Origin: a virus
Taxonomy: Duplodnaviria > Caudoviricetes
Length of the DNA: 64,000 nucleotides
Reading direction: 5' to 3' (one strand)
IMG/VR virus record: IMGVR_UViG_2511231200_000001
Below, piece after piece: positions 45,482 through 54,397 of this stretch. The position numbers and the translations under genes were made by a program. Position 1 is the first letter of the stretch, and each line of letters opens with the position of its first letter. The notes under the pieces were generated by a model, which was not told where the DNA came from, searched no databases, and was given only the letters and a program-made list of their open reading frames with translations.

Positions 45482-45495
45482 AGTTGGTACCGACT
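45482..45495. promoter_or_regulatory. Operator copy (AGTTGGTACCGACT)
   Basis: One mismatch to consensus; upstream of 45413 start. Confidence 0.65.
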
Positions 45496-45705
45496 TTGCG
45501 ATTGAAGGGATGTGTCAGCCCCAACCAGGCCAACGAGAGCACGTCAATACCCGGGGCACCGGCGCAGCCTGCGCCCGCCGACAGTCGGAAGACGGCCCCA
45601 GGCAGTGACGTCACGCGGCTTCTCCTTGCCGCCGACGCTCCTCCCTATCGGACAGAACCGCGCCCCGCCTGATCCTCCGCAACGGGGCGCGGCTTCGTGT
45701 CACTG

Positions 45706-46434
45706 TTAGGTGAGTCGCTTCAAGGCCGCAGACGCCATCTCGCGCCGATGCTCCCGAGCAACCCGCCGCGCGACCTCACGGTCTTCCGTCCACTGCGACC
45801 ATCCGCACGTGCAACTCGCCACGCTGGAGCCGTCGTACACCCGGCCGGAACGGCGCCCCGGCTTGCACAAGCCGACCGTGCCGCTCATGCCGATGTCCGC
45901 CGGGTACACATAGCCGCGGGGTTCCCCTGTGCTGGTTCGGTGATCAGCAGCCAGCATGGCCAGCCGAGCCGCGAGCACCACCCGCACCGGGGTGCGTATC
46001 TCCTTCAACCGTCCGTGGGACGTGTCCTCGTACGGCAGACCAAGGACCACCATGCCGCGCTCGACGAGCCGCCGGGCTGCGGCCGGCGGCACCGAGTAGA
46101 AACCCAGCATGATCCGCCCGACGCGATCGCGGAACGGCATCTCCGCCTTGTCCACCCGATACGCCCTGTCCGAGTCGGCGATCGCCTCCAGGTCCTGGCG
46201 CATGGTCGGCGTCATGACACCAAGGGGCTTGGCCGGCTCCAGGCTCACAGTCCGCCGCGACGGCGTCGAGCTGCCCGTCGACCAGACGTCGCGGGTGATG
46301 ACCAATCCCCCGGTGCGGGTGGCCTCCAGCGGGAACCTTCGGTCCACCGCTCGCCGCAGCATCACGATGGCGTGGTCCTCGCTGCACAACCCGGTGGTGG
46401 TGCCGTCCCCCGCCTGGATCTTCTGTATGAACAC
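45706..46434 (-). CDS. Hypothetical protein with C-terminal CxC...H
   Basis: CAGGAG RBS; SCTCGW. Confidence 0.6.
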   Translation of the reverse strand: MFIQKIQAGDGTTTGLCSEDHAIVMLRRAVDRRFPLEATRTGGLVITRDVWSTGSSTPSRRTVSLEPAKPLGVMTPTMRQDLEAIADSDRAYRVDKAEMPFRDRVGRIMLGFYSVPPAAARRLVERGMVVLGLPYEDTSHGRLKEIRTPVRVVLAARLAMLAADHRTSTGEPRGYVYPADIGMSGTVGLCKPGRRSGRVYDGSSVASCTCGWSQWTEDREVARRVAREHRREMASAALKRLT

Positions 46435-46458
46435 TGCAACTCCTGCATGATGTTGTGG

Positions 46459-46497
46459 CGCTGCGCCCGGCCTGGTCGTGCGTGGCCGGGCGCAGCG
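46459..46497 (-). promoter_or_regulatory. Conserved-loop stem-loop
   Basis: 14-bp perfect stem, loop ACGCACGACCA, about 25 nt before start 46434. Confidence 0.75.
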
Positions 46498-46507
46498 AAG
46501 GTGCGAG

Positions 46508-47704
46508 CTATTCGGCTGCCTTGTCCCGGGCTGCGTCGAGTTGCTGCTGCATCTCCTCAGCCGACTTGCGCCCCGTCACCCCGTCATACGGCGCGGTCCA
46601 CGTCCAATCGAGGTGTCCGTCCCCCTTCCGGACAACCGCGCGACCGATGCCGTTGTGAATGTGCGGGATCGTTACCGACCTGGCATTCACTCGCAGCACC
46701 TCGTACCAGGTGCCTCGGTATTCCACGAAGTCGCCCTTGGCGAAGTCAGCCTTTCCCCAGACCTTGAAGCCGTCCGCCTCCGCCTCGGCGATCACCTGCC
46801 GCCAATAGGCGATCTCCTCTTCCAGCTCCGCCTTGCGCCGGTTCAGCTCAGCTACCCATGCGGACGCCTTCTCCGAGCCGTCGCCATGCTGAGTTTCAGC
46901 AGCGATCTGGCGGTGCACCCGCCGCAGGTCCGCCTCCAGCTTCGCGATACGGCGCAGCGTGACCCCCGGGTTCTTCCGGAACTCCTCGTACGACGCGGAC
47001 GCCGCCGCCCGCCGGGCGAGGTACTCGGCCTTGTCGGCCTCCTTCACGCCCTTCTCGGTGTTGCTCCAGATGCGGTCCCGGTCGCGTTCCGCCCGCCGCT
47101 GCGAGTGGTGCCCTAGGAGGATCGGCTGCCCGAGCGGTATCCCGTCGGCGATCCGGCGCGCGGTGGCGTGGGCCGCCGCGGACCGGTCCGCGGCGTTGCC
47201 GGCGTACCCCTGGAACCGCTCGGCGCGTGCCGCAGAACGCGCCACGCGGTCGGCCTCGGCCTCGGCGAACGAGCGGCGGGTGTCCTCGTCCACGCGGATC
47301 TCGACGGTCCAACCAGCCGCGCGCAGCGCCTCGGCGGCGCGGCGGATGGACCAGTGGTCGGCCCGCTTGTCCCGGGAATGCCGGATGAACAGCACGCCCG
47401 GCAGGGAGCGGCCCCAGGTGAACTGGTGGGGGCGGACGATTTCCCACACGCCGTCACCCTTGCGGGAACCCTCCAGCAGGGTGCCGTCGGCACGGGTGTG
47501 GGTGATGGTAATGGTTCCCCGGTGCGTGCCCTGCTCCGCCAGTTGGGCCAGCAGCTCCTCGGACGGCTGGAGGTGGGCGTTCCAGCACGCCGGAGCGGTG
47601 CAGGCATACCAGGTGCCGGTGAACCCCTGCTCGGACGTCTCGGCCATGCGCAGCGCCATGGGGCCGTGCTGGGCGCAGGCGGGGGCGCTGTCCGTGTCGG
47701 CCAC
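46508..47704 (-). CDS. DUF3560-domain protein
   Basis: RAERF...IPLGQPILLGHHSQRRAERD signature; C-terminal SH3-like KGDFVEYRGTWYEVLRVN. Confidence 0.8.
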   Translation of the reverse strand: MADTDSAPACAQHGPMALRMAETSEQGFTGTWYACTAPACWNAHLQPSEELLAQLAEQGTHRGTITITHTRADGTLLEGSRKGDGVWEIVRPHQFTWGRSLPGVLFIRHSRDKRADHWSIRRAAEALRAAGWTVEIRVDEDTRRSFAEAEADRVARSAARAERFQGYAGNAADRSAAAHATARRIADGIPLGQPILLGHHSQRRAERDRDRIWSNTEKGVKEADKAEYLARRAAASASYEEFRKNPGVTLRRIAKLEADLRRVHRQIAAETQHGDGSEKASAWVAELNRRKAELEEEIAYWRQVIAEAEADGFKVWGKADFAKGDFVEYRGTWYEVLRVNARSVTIPHIHNGIGRAVVRKGDGHLDWTWTAPYDGVTGRKSAEEMQQQLDAARDKAAE

Positions 47705-47789
47705 GGGTGTTCCCTTTCTCGTCGGTGGGTCGGGGGTGCCGGTCCGTCCCTGCCCGGTTGAGTGGCAGGGACAGACCGGCGGTTGGGGT

Positions 47790-48188
47790 TCAGGCGGACG
47801 GCTGCTTGTGCTTGGCGAAGCGGGCGGTGAGGCGGAGGAAGTCGCGGGACGCCTCCCGCTCCATGCGCTCGAACTCGTTGAGCAGACCGTCCGCCTGAAC
47901 CCCCTCGCTCATGGAGAGCAGTCGCCGGGTCAGCTCGGCGCGGACGTCGAGCAGAGCCGCGACGGGGGCCAGGCCGGACTGGATCTCCGCGCGAACCTGG
48001 CGCCACGGGAGGGCGGCGGCCTGCGCGCGCAGGACCGGCCCCAGACTGAGGGGGTCGATGTGGAAGGAGCCGGCGGCCATGTCGGTGGCCAGCTCCTGCC
48101 GCTTCTTGTCGGCGCGAGCGATGGTGGATTCGGCGACGGAGAGGATCTCGGCGGTGGCGGATGCTTCCGGTGTTGGCATGCTGGGCAT
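47790..48188 (-). CDS. Hypothetical protein, paralog of the 44739-45413 N-domain
   Basis: GGAGG RBS; AAALPWRQV...REASRDFLRLT. Confidence 0.65.
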   Translation of the reverse strand: MPSMPTPEASATAEILSVAESTIARADKKRQELATDMAAGSFHIDPLSLGPVLRAQAAALPWRQVRAEIQSGLAPVAALLDVRAELTRRLLSMSEGVQADGLLNEFERMEREASRDFLRLTARFAKHKQPSA

Positions 48189-48216
48189 CGGTTCCTCCAC
48201 GGATGGTGGTGGCTGG

Positions 48217-48250
48217 GCCGCGCTCGGCCGGTCGTGCGGCCGAGCGCGGC
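48217..48250 (-). promoter_or_regulatory. Conserved-loop stem-loop
   Basis: 14-bp perfect stem, contains CGCACGACCG. Confidence 0.7.
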
Positions 48251-48265
48251 GTGGGACAGGGGCTT

Positions 48266-48553
48266 CTACCGCTGGTGGCGCGGCTGGAGGAGGGTGGTCA
48301 GCCCTACCCGCCAGGCGTACTCCTGGGCGGTCCGGAGGTTAGGGAACTGCTGGCCGTGGTGGGTGGGGTGGTGGGTGACGGCGTGCGTGCCGGGGGCAAT
48401 CTGCGTTACGTCTACGTGCGTGACGTGGAGAACGGCACCCCGGATGTCTCGGCCGGTCTCATAGCTGACGCCCCAGTGGGAGGCGGTGGTGTATCGAGCC
48501 TCGGGGTCGAAGGGCCCCGTGTTGACGATGTTCTGATCGGTCGTGGTGGTCAT
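48266..48553 (-). CDS. Hypothetical protein (95 aa)
   Basis: GAAGG RBS, ATG 48553. Confidence 0.6.
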   Translation of the reverse strand: MTTTTDQNIVNTGPFDPEARYTTASHWGVSYETGRDIRGAVLHVTHVDVTQIAPGTHAVTHHPTHHGQQFPNLRTAQEYAWRVGLTTLLQPRHQR

Positions 48554-48661
48554 GGGTTTGCCTTCTCGGTCGTGGGAGCGCCGCGCCCGCTGGGGGTCGG
48601 GCGCGGCGCGGTGAGGGAGCACCCGCTGATGGGGCGCGGCGTCTGGAGGGTGCGCCCAGGG

Positions 48662-48698
48662 GGCCGTCCCGGGCTGGTCGTGCGATCCCGGGACGGCC
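48662..48698 (-). promoter_or_regulatory. Conserved-loop stem-loop
   Basis: 12-bp perfect stem, loop ATCGCACGACCAG. Confidence 0.75.
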
Positions 48699-48703
48699 GG
48701 GGC

Positions 48704-48796
48704 TCAGTGGCCGAAGGCCACGGCGGTGATGATCGCCGAGCCGATGACCGCGATGATCACGGCGGCGATCAGGTCGCCGACCCCCAGACGCCTCAC
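48704..48796 (-). CDS. 30 aa single-TM peptide
   Basis: AAGGAGG RBS, GTG; MRRLGVGDLIAAVIIAVIGSAIITAVAFGH. Confidence 0.6.
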   Translation of the reverse strand: MRRLGVGDLIAAVIIAVIGSAIITAVAFGH

Positions 48797-48851
48797 GGTG
48801 CCTCCTTCCGTTGTTCCGGGGCGGGTCGGTCCCGCCCACATCCACAAATTT

Positions 48852-48888
48852 AGTTGGTACCGACGCGGTTTTCAAGTCGATACCGGCT
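48852..48888. promoter_or_regulatory. Operator pair (48852, 48875)
   Basis: AGTTGGTACCGACG and AGTCGATACCGGCT, 23 bp apart. Confidence 0.7.
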
Positions 48889-48983
48889 ACTTGCGGCAAA
48901 GGGTTGTGCAACTCCGGCGAGCCCGAGCGCCAGCGCCGGAGCCCAGCCGCCCGCGGCGCCCCGGGCCCCGACGCCGCCGTGCA

Positions 48984-49112
48984 TCACAGATACCGGTAGT
49001 CGGCCTCGTAGTCGTCGACACGATCGCGGCCCTCGGCCTCGACGGGCTGACGGGCGGAACATCCGGGCTCGCAGTGTTCGTCGCAGCAGCAGCCCTGGTC
49101 GTGTATGCGCAT
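48984..49112 (-). CDS. 42 aa Cys-rich acidic peptide
   Basis: GAGGGGG RBS; MRIHDQGCCCDEHCEPGCSAR. Confidence 0.5.
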   Translation of the reverse strand: MRIHDQGCCCDEHCEPGCSARQPVEAEGRDRVDDYEADYRYL

Positions 49113-49171
49113 CGGGTCCCCCTCGGATCCGGCGGGCGGTTCCGTTCCGCCCCCCTCATGTTCGTAATCCT

Positions 49172-49237
49172 AGTCGGCACCGACTTCATTCTCACGCCCG
49201 TGGACGAGTTGTTTTTTAAGTCGGCGCCGACTACTAT
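49172..49237. promoter_or_regulatory. Divergent promoter region: operators 49172 and 49219; plus-strand TTGTTT-17-TACTAT
   Basis: AGTCGGCACCGACT and AGTCGGCGCCGACT; the latter lies in the spacer and overlaps the -10. Confidence 0.75.
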
Positions 49238-49284
49238 AGTAAGCGTGAGGGCGGGAGGTGCCCGCCCAGGATCGGGAGGATCCG

Positions 49285-49668
49285 ATGACCGTCAAGCCCG
49301 TCAACCACCGAACGGTGCTGAATCTCCTCCACCCGCTCCAGCGGGTGATCTCCATAGCGACCGTCAACGGCCGTCACGAGACAGTCCGGATCGGCGAGCT
49401 GGTCGTCACCTGCTCCTTGAGCAAGACCTTCCGGTACGACGCCTACGACGGGGTGACCATCACGGTCATCAACCCCGCCGTCGGCATCCTGGACGTGAAC
49501 GCGTTCCGGTTCGCCGACTACGGAGTGACCACCGGCACCAGCGAGAAGCACTCCCTGACGCTGATCACTCCCGCCACCGCCGCATCCCTGGCGGATGGGG
49601 TGGGGATGACCGAGATGGAGCAGGCCATCCGCCGGTACCTGTCCGACTTCACCGGCATCGACCTCTAG
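49285..49668 (+). CDS. Hypothetical protein
   Basis: GGGAGG RBS, ATG 49285. Confidence 0.65.
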   Translation: MTVKPVNHRTVLNLLHPLQRVISIATVNGRHETVRIGELVVTCSLSKTFRYDAYDGVTITVINPAVGILDVNAFRFADYGVTTGTSEKHSLTLITPATAASLADGVGMTEMEQAIRRYLSDFTGIDL

Positions 49669-49676
49669 CAACTTTT

Positions 49677-49718
49677 AGTCGGTACCGACTTGTTTTTGCG
49701 GTCGGTACCGACTAATAT
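49677..49718 (+). promoter_or_regulatory. Promoter TTGTTT-17-TAATAT with operator pair (49677, 49700)
   Basis: AGTCGGTACCGACT and GGTCGGTACCGACT, 23 bp apart. Confidence 0.8.
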
Positions 49719-49767
49719 TAAGGGTGTGAGGGCGGGAGAGTCCCGCCGGAACAACCGGGAGGTTGAG

Positions 49768-50298
49768 TTGGAAACCGATCACAAGCACGGGGCGGATTGC
49801 CTAAGACTGTCCGCCACCCTCGCCGAGCTGGCACCCGGCATGCTGGTCCTCCACAACGGCAAGTGGCACACGGTCCAGCACACCTGGACCGCCGCCTTCA
49901 CCGGCGCGTCCACCTTGCACCTGGCCGGCAGGACCCCGATCCCTTGCCTCGCTCGGGATCCGTGGACCGTCCACGCGCCGGATGCCACGGTGCGAGTGCC
50001 AGCCCACGACGGCGAGCTGGTCTTCGTGGAGCACCTGCTGGCCGTGATGCAGCTGTCCACGATCGGCCTGTCACCCGACGAGCGTTACGCGGTGGCCAGG
50101 TGGATCGCCGAAGCCGCCCCGCTGTGCTCCCCCGCCGGGACGTACGCCGCGTCCCCGGAGTACAGCGTCGCCCAGGCGACGGCGAAGTTACTGGCGCTCA
50201 GCACCCGGGAGCTGCTGACGACGTACCAGCGGCTGCGCAGTGACACCGAGCGGCTGGCACGGCTGATGGAGCGGGTCCGCCGGGAGCTGTCCTGCTAG
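49768..50298 (+). CDS. Hypothetical protein
   Basis: GGGAGG RBS, TTG 49768. Confidence 0.6.
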   Translation: METDHKHGADCLRLSATLAELAPGMLVLHNGKWHTVQHTWTAAFTGASTLHLAGRTPIPCLARDPWTVHAPDATVRVPAHDGELVFVEHLLAVMQLSTIGLSPDERYAVARWIAEAAPLCSPAGTYAASPEYSVAQATAKLLALSTRELLTTYQRLRSDTERLARLMERVRRELSC

Positions 50299-50308
50299 CT
50301 CCACTCTA

Positions 50309-50350
50309 AGTCGGTGCCGACTTGTAAAACAGGTCGGCACCGACTACACT
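50309..50350 (+). promoter_or_regulatory. Promoter TTGTAA-17-TACACT with operator pair (50309, 50332)
   Basis: Same architecture as 49677. Confidence 0.8.
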
Positions 50351-50395
50351 AAGAACATCGGCGGGAACATCCCGCCCCAACCCGGAGGGAACGCA

Positions 50396-51049
50396 ATGAC
50401 CACCTTCACCGCGGCCGAGCGCAAGACGGCGACGGGCACCAAGGTCTACCTGCACTGGAACTGCACCTGCCACCGCATCGGCGGCAGGACCCTCAAGGAC
50501 ATCACCTCCCCCGCCGACGCCATGGCTTACGCCACGGAGCGCGGATACACCACCGGCTACTGCAAGACGTCACCGGAAGCCCCCGACGCCGCGCCCGCCC
50601 TCGACCAGCCCCAGACCCCGGCGACCGACACCACCGAGGAAGAGCCGGCCCCAGTGCCCGAGGGGAGCCCCGTCGAGAGCAGCAGCGAGTGGACTGTCGA
50701 GGTGAACAACCTCGACCAGGCGGGCAAGCAACGCCGCGACGGAATCACAGCCATCGTCTCAGCACTCGGCGGCGGGCAGATCACCTACACGTCGATCAAG
50801 ACGAAGAGCAAGCGCGGCAACGCTGCGTTCGTCGTCACCGTGACCGGCAACCCCGCGGCCGAGCAGCCGGTCCGGGCATGGCTGACGGCCATGGAAGCGG
50901 AGCTGCCCACCACCGTGGAGCGGGCCAAGGCCGAAGCCAAGGCAATGGAGGGCGCCAGCAGCAACGACCGCATGAAGGCGTGGAAGGGTGCCGTGCGCCG
51001 CTGGATCGCGCAATCCGGCGCCGACTTCGCTGCGGAGTTGCGCGCCTGA
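50396..51049 (+). CDS. Hypothetical protein
   Basis: GGAGGG RBS; HWNCTC...YCKT. Confidence 0.65.
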   Translation: MTTFTAAERKTATGTKVYLHWNCTCHRIGGRTLKDITSPADAMAYATERGYTTGYCKTSPEAPDAAPALDQPQTPATDTTEEEPAPVPEGSPVESSSEWTVEVNNLDQAGKQRRDGITAIVSALGGGQITYTSIKTKSKRGNAAFVVTVTGNPAAEQPVRAWLTAMEAELPTTVERAKAEAKAMEGASSNDRMKAWKGAVRRWIAQSGADFAAELRA

Positions 51050-51061
51050 CCGACCATAGAT

Positions 51062-51098
51062 ATCCGGTGCCGACTTAAGTACCTTGTCGGCACCGGGT
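51062..51098. promoter_or_regulatory. Operator pair (51062, 51085)
   Basis: ATCCGGTGCCGACT and TGTCGGCACCGGGT, 23 bp apart. Confidence 0.7.
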
Positions 51099-51177
51099 AC
51101 AGGCGGGGCGACGGGGGCCGGTCAGCACGGCCCCCGGCCGACAGAAACAGAGACCTCAGCAGCGAACCGCCCGCCAC

Positions 51178-51202
51178 CCCCGGCGCGCACGACCGGCCGG
51201 GG
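51178..51202 (+). promoter_or_regulatory. Conserved-loop stem-loop
   Basis: CCCCGGC-GCGCACGACCG-GCCGGGG, 31 nt before GTG 51234. Confidence 0.65.
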
Positions 51203-51233
51203 ACGGACCCATAAACCGCCAGGAGCGCCACTC

Positions 51234-51734
51234 GTGAACCCCGAACCCGTCGAACTGTTCCTCGCCGTCGCCTACGACCGTCCCACCGACCCTCAGACGG
51301 TCCGCCCCCTCCCGGCCGGCTACAGCCTGAGCCACCTGACCATCAAGCGAGCCGACCACGTCACCGCTGGCGACCTGGTCGTCGGTGACGTCGACGCACC
51401 CGTCAGCCGCCCCTACCGCATCATGCGCTACGCCACCTACGTCGCGGCGCCCTACGACGCCCGCCCCGTCCCGGTGGACGCCCACTGCGAACGCTGCCGA
51501 CTCTGGCGCAGGAACGCCTCGACCGACGGCTGGGTGTGCCTACGACCGCACTTCCAAGTGCGCGCCGACGAGCTGATCGCCGTGATCACGCCTGCCAGCC
51601 CCGTGCACATCCCGGACCAGCACTGCGTGTACACCTGCTCCATCGGCGTAAGCGGCCCGTACTCCCCCGGCTGCCCGGACTGCCACGGCCGCCCCTGCTC
51701 CCCCTGCCTCACCGCAGGAGCCAACACCCACTAA
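51234..51734 (+). CDS. Cys-rich hypothetical protein
   Basis: CAGGAG RBS; CERC, CVYTC, CPDC...CSPC. Confidence 0.6.
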   Translation: MNPEPVELFLAVAYDRPTDPQTVRPLPAGYSLSHLTIKRADHVTAGDLVVGDVDAPVSRPYRIMRYATYVAAPYDARPVPVDAHCERCRLWRRNASTDGWVCLRPHFQVRADELIAVITPASPVHIPDQHCVYTCSIGVSGPYSPGCPDCHGRPCSPCLTAGANTH

Positions 51735-51739
51735 CCCCC

Positions 51740-51776
51740 GGGCTGCTCCGGCACGCACGACCAGCCGGAGCAGCCC
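51740..51776 (+). promoter_or_regulatory. Conserved-loop stem-loop
   Basis: 13-bp perfect stem, loop ACGCACGACCA. Confidence 0.75.
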
Positions 51777-52039
51777 CTCCACGAGGAACGCACTCGCCCT
51801 CGACCGGCACCTGTGCGACCCGAGCAGATGGAACCCGGTCGACCTGAGCTACGAGGAGTTCAACACCGCTGCCCGGTATCTCGCCCGCGGCAACGAGGAG
51901 AAGCTGCGCCGGTATCAGACCTCCACGACCTACGACCTGGCAGGCGAATACGCGGCCCGTCGCTGCTGAGATGCAGCGTTCCGGTGCATCGCCGCCCTCG
52001 CCGCCGACTCCGTCAGCCGCGCCTGACCGATCCCAGGGC

Positions 52040-52068
52040 CACCCCGGCACGCACGACCACCCGGGGTG
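52040..52068 (+). promoter_or_regulatory. Conserved-loop stem-loop
   Basis: CACCCCGG-CACGCACGACCAC-CCGGGGTG. Confidence 0.65.
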
Positions 52069-52411
52069 ACCCACCGGCACCGAAGGGAATCCGCGCCATG
52101 CTGGACGCCAACGGACGCACCCCGCCCGGCTCGTGCCGTTGACTCGGCGGCACAGCACGGCCCCGGGCTGCGCAGTCCGTTGCCAGGGCCGGGTTGGCTG
52201 CGCGTGCGAGGGTCATGACCTGCCGGTCAACTGGCGGGTGTCATGACCTGGCGGGTGTGACGGGGGTCTTCTCTCGGCCACAGTCCCGAGCGGACGGTGC
52301 GCGCGGGTGTTACGCGTTCCGATCGAGATATCCGGATCAGCCCGGCCGAGGCTCGCTGCCCTCGACGCCATGTCGCCGCCGTGCCGAGGGCTGCCAGCCG
52401 CCTTCAGCGGA

Positions 52412-53011
52412 TCAGCTGATCTTGTCGGCGGCCGTCTTGTACGCCGCGGCCTGTGCGGGGGTCAGGAAGTGGCTGACGCGGATCAGGATGGTGCCGTGCT
52501 GGTAGTCGTACTCAGCGAGTGCCGGCATGGACTTGGTGACGGCCTGGACGTACTTGGCGCGGGCTTCGGCGTCAGCGGGTGTGGCGAACGCCTCGATGGC
52601 GCCGCCCTTGCCGATGTCGGTGGCATCGAGGTGGCTGGTGTCGCCGGCGGGGACCCGGGAGTCCGAGAACGTGACCTTGGATGTGTACTGGTTCGGCCGC
52701 CCCAGGAGATGATTCGGGTCGTTCTCGGCGGTCACGGTTCCGGTGAGGTGCGCCGTGGGCACTGCGGTGGCGACAGTCTTGAACGCTGCGGAGGCGTTGG
52801 CGGCCGAACCGGCCGCCGATGACGGGGCCGTGGGGGTGCTGGATTTGCCTAACGCTTCGTTCGAGTGCGGGTCACTCGCACTGCTGGAGCAAGCGGCAGT
52901 GAGCAGGAGTGCTGCGGTCATGGTGACAGTGGCGGTGCTGCGGCGCACGGGAGTTCCCCCCAGGGAAGCTGTGTCGGTAGGTACGGGGAACTCTGCCAGA
53001 ATCCGACGCAT
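52412..53011 (-). CDS. Lipoprotein
   Basis: Lipobox LTAAC, Ser/Pro linker, ENDPNHLLGRPNQYTSK core; start uncertain. Confidence 0.75.
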   Translation of the reverse strand: MRRILAEFPVPTDTASLGGTPVRRSTATVTMTAALLLTAACSSSASDPHSNEALGKSSTPTAPSSAAGSAANASAAFKTVATAVPTAHLTGTVTAENDPNHLLGRPNQYTSKVTFSDSRVPAGDTSHLDATDIGKGGAIEAFATPADAEARAKYVQAVTKSMPALAEYDYQHGTILIRVSHFLTPAQAAAYKTAADKIS

Positions 53012-53226
53012 TCGAGCGGGCTTTTGACGGTACCGTGATGTTGACTGGATATTGCCGCTGAACGCTGTCCCTCCTCCACGGACCGGGACGTCCGCCGCGA
53101 CCAGGACACCGCCGGTAGCCAGTACGGGCTAACCGCAGCCGACTCCCGCCGAGTACCTTTCGGCGATCCCTGGCTTCCCGTCAGGGCTGTTTTCGGGGCC
53201 AGGGAAGATACGGAGGAGCGGATGCG

Positions 53227-53697
53227 TCACGTGATCGTGTAGGGCCTGGCGTATCCGGTCCTCTCGAACTCCGCTATCGCATGGTCGAGTAGCTCCACGG
53301 CAGTGGTGCGGCCGAGTGCATCCAGCATCATGACCACAGTGCATATCGTGATGGCGTGGACACGGCCCAGCGGCGCCAGGCTCTCCACCGCTCGGCCGAG
53401 CCCCATCTCCCCTGCGGCGACCCTACGCATGGCCATTGTCGTCGCAAGCTCGATCTCTGGCGGGGCCAGTGCGGCCACCGCGTCGATCTCGCGCACCTCC
53501 ATGGATGGCTCGCCCAGGTTGTCGAAGATGTTGTCGTGATCGAGGATCAGCCAGACCAGGATCCGCTCCAGTCGTTCGGTGTCCAGGTCCGCGACGCAGG
53601 CGGTGACCGAGGTACGGTCCTGCGCGAGATAGGCTCTTGTTAGGTCAGTCGCCCGCCACATCACTTCGATGAGCTGCGGGTCGTCCGGGTTTGTCAT
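53227..53697 (-). CDS. Hypothetical helical protein
   Basis: AAGGAGG RBS, ATG 53697. Confidence 0.65.
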   Translation of the reverse strand: MTNPDDPQLIEVMWRATDLTRAYLAQDRTSVTACVADLDTERLERILVWLILDHDNIFDNLGEPSMEVREIDAVAALAPPEIELATTMAMRRVAAGEMGLGRAVESLAPLGRVHAITICTVVMMLDALGRTTAVELLDHAIAEFERTGYARPYTIT

Positions 53698-53896
53698 GGC
53701 CCTCCTTCTAGCGGAATTGCGGAAGAGGCGTGGGTGGTTCTCACCCGGTTCACCATTACGGGATGGCACTCGCCGTCGCGGTGAGGTGTTGATCGCTTGT
53801 GTCGCCGCGCTCACTGCGACGAGCCGAGGGATCGGGCGAGAGCTGGGGTCCAGGTCCGGTTACCGGTCGCTCACCTGCGGCCCCCCGGGGTGCGGG

Positions 53897-54316
53897 TCAG
53901 TGGCGTTGATGGCGTCCTGGAATCGGCTCAGGTAGGTCTCCTGGTGGAGATTCGTTATTGGTGAGTGCGGCGAGGACGGCGGCGCCGGCGGCGCGCTTGG
54001 CAGGTATGTGGAGCCAGTGGTACCCGAGTTCGGTTGCGCGTCGCACCGCTGCGTCGGTGTCCTTGCCAGGATTGGTGGGCATGGTGGGACGGCCGGGGGG
54101 GCGCCGGGGCGCGGCCTTGCGGCGCAGGCGGGTGCGTAGTCGCCCGTTGGCATTGCGCAGTTCCGCTACGGTGGCGACAGCGGCGGCTTGCTCGGAGGCC
54201 AGGTCGCGCAGGCCGGCGCGGAGGCGAGCGGCCTCGGCTGCGGTCAGTCCTCGGCGTTCAGCTCGGTCGGCGAGGTTCAGAAGCTGGGCGACGGTAGGCG
54301 GATGGCGAATGGTCAT
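53897..54316 (-). CDS. Hypothetical coiled-coil protein
   Basis: AGAGGA RBS; LADRAERRGLTAAEAARLRAGL. Confidence 0.6.
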   Translation of the reverse strand: MTIRHPPTVAQLLNLADRAERRGLTAAEAARLRAGLRDLASEQAAAVATVAELRNANGRLRTRLRRKAAPRRPPGRPTMPTNPGKDTDAAVRRATELGYHWLHIPAKRAAGAAVLAALTNNESPPGDLPEPIPGRHQRH

Positions 54317-54397
54317 CGTCCTCTGAGGCTGCTCTGGACGCGGAAGCGCCCGGCGCCGCCTCGGTAGTGACGGCTGGGCCGGGCGCTCGTCCGCTAG

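Noticed and set aside
48852-51098. Recurrent palindromes as a CRISPR array
   Set aside because: Repeats are 14 bp, separated by genes, sit within promoters, and no cas genes are present
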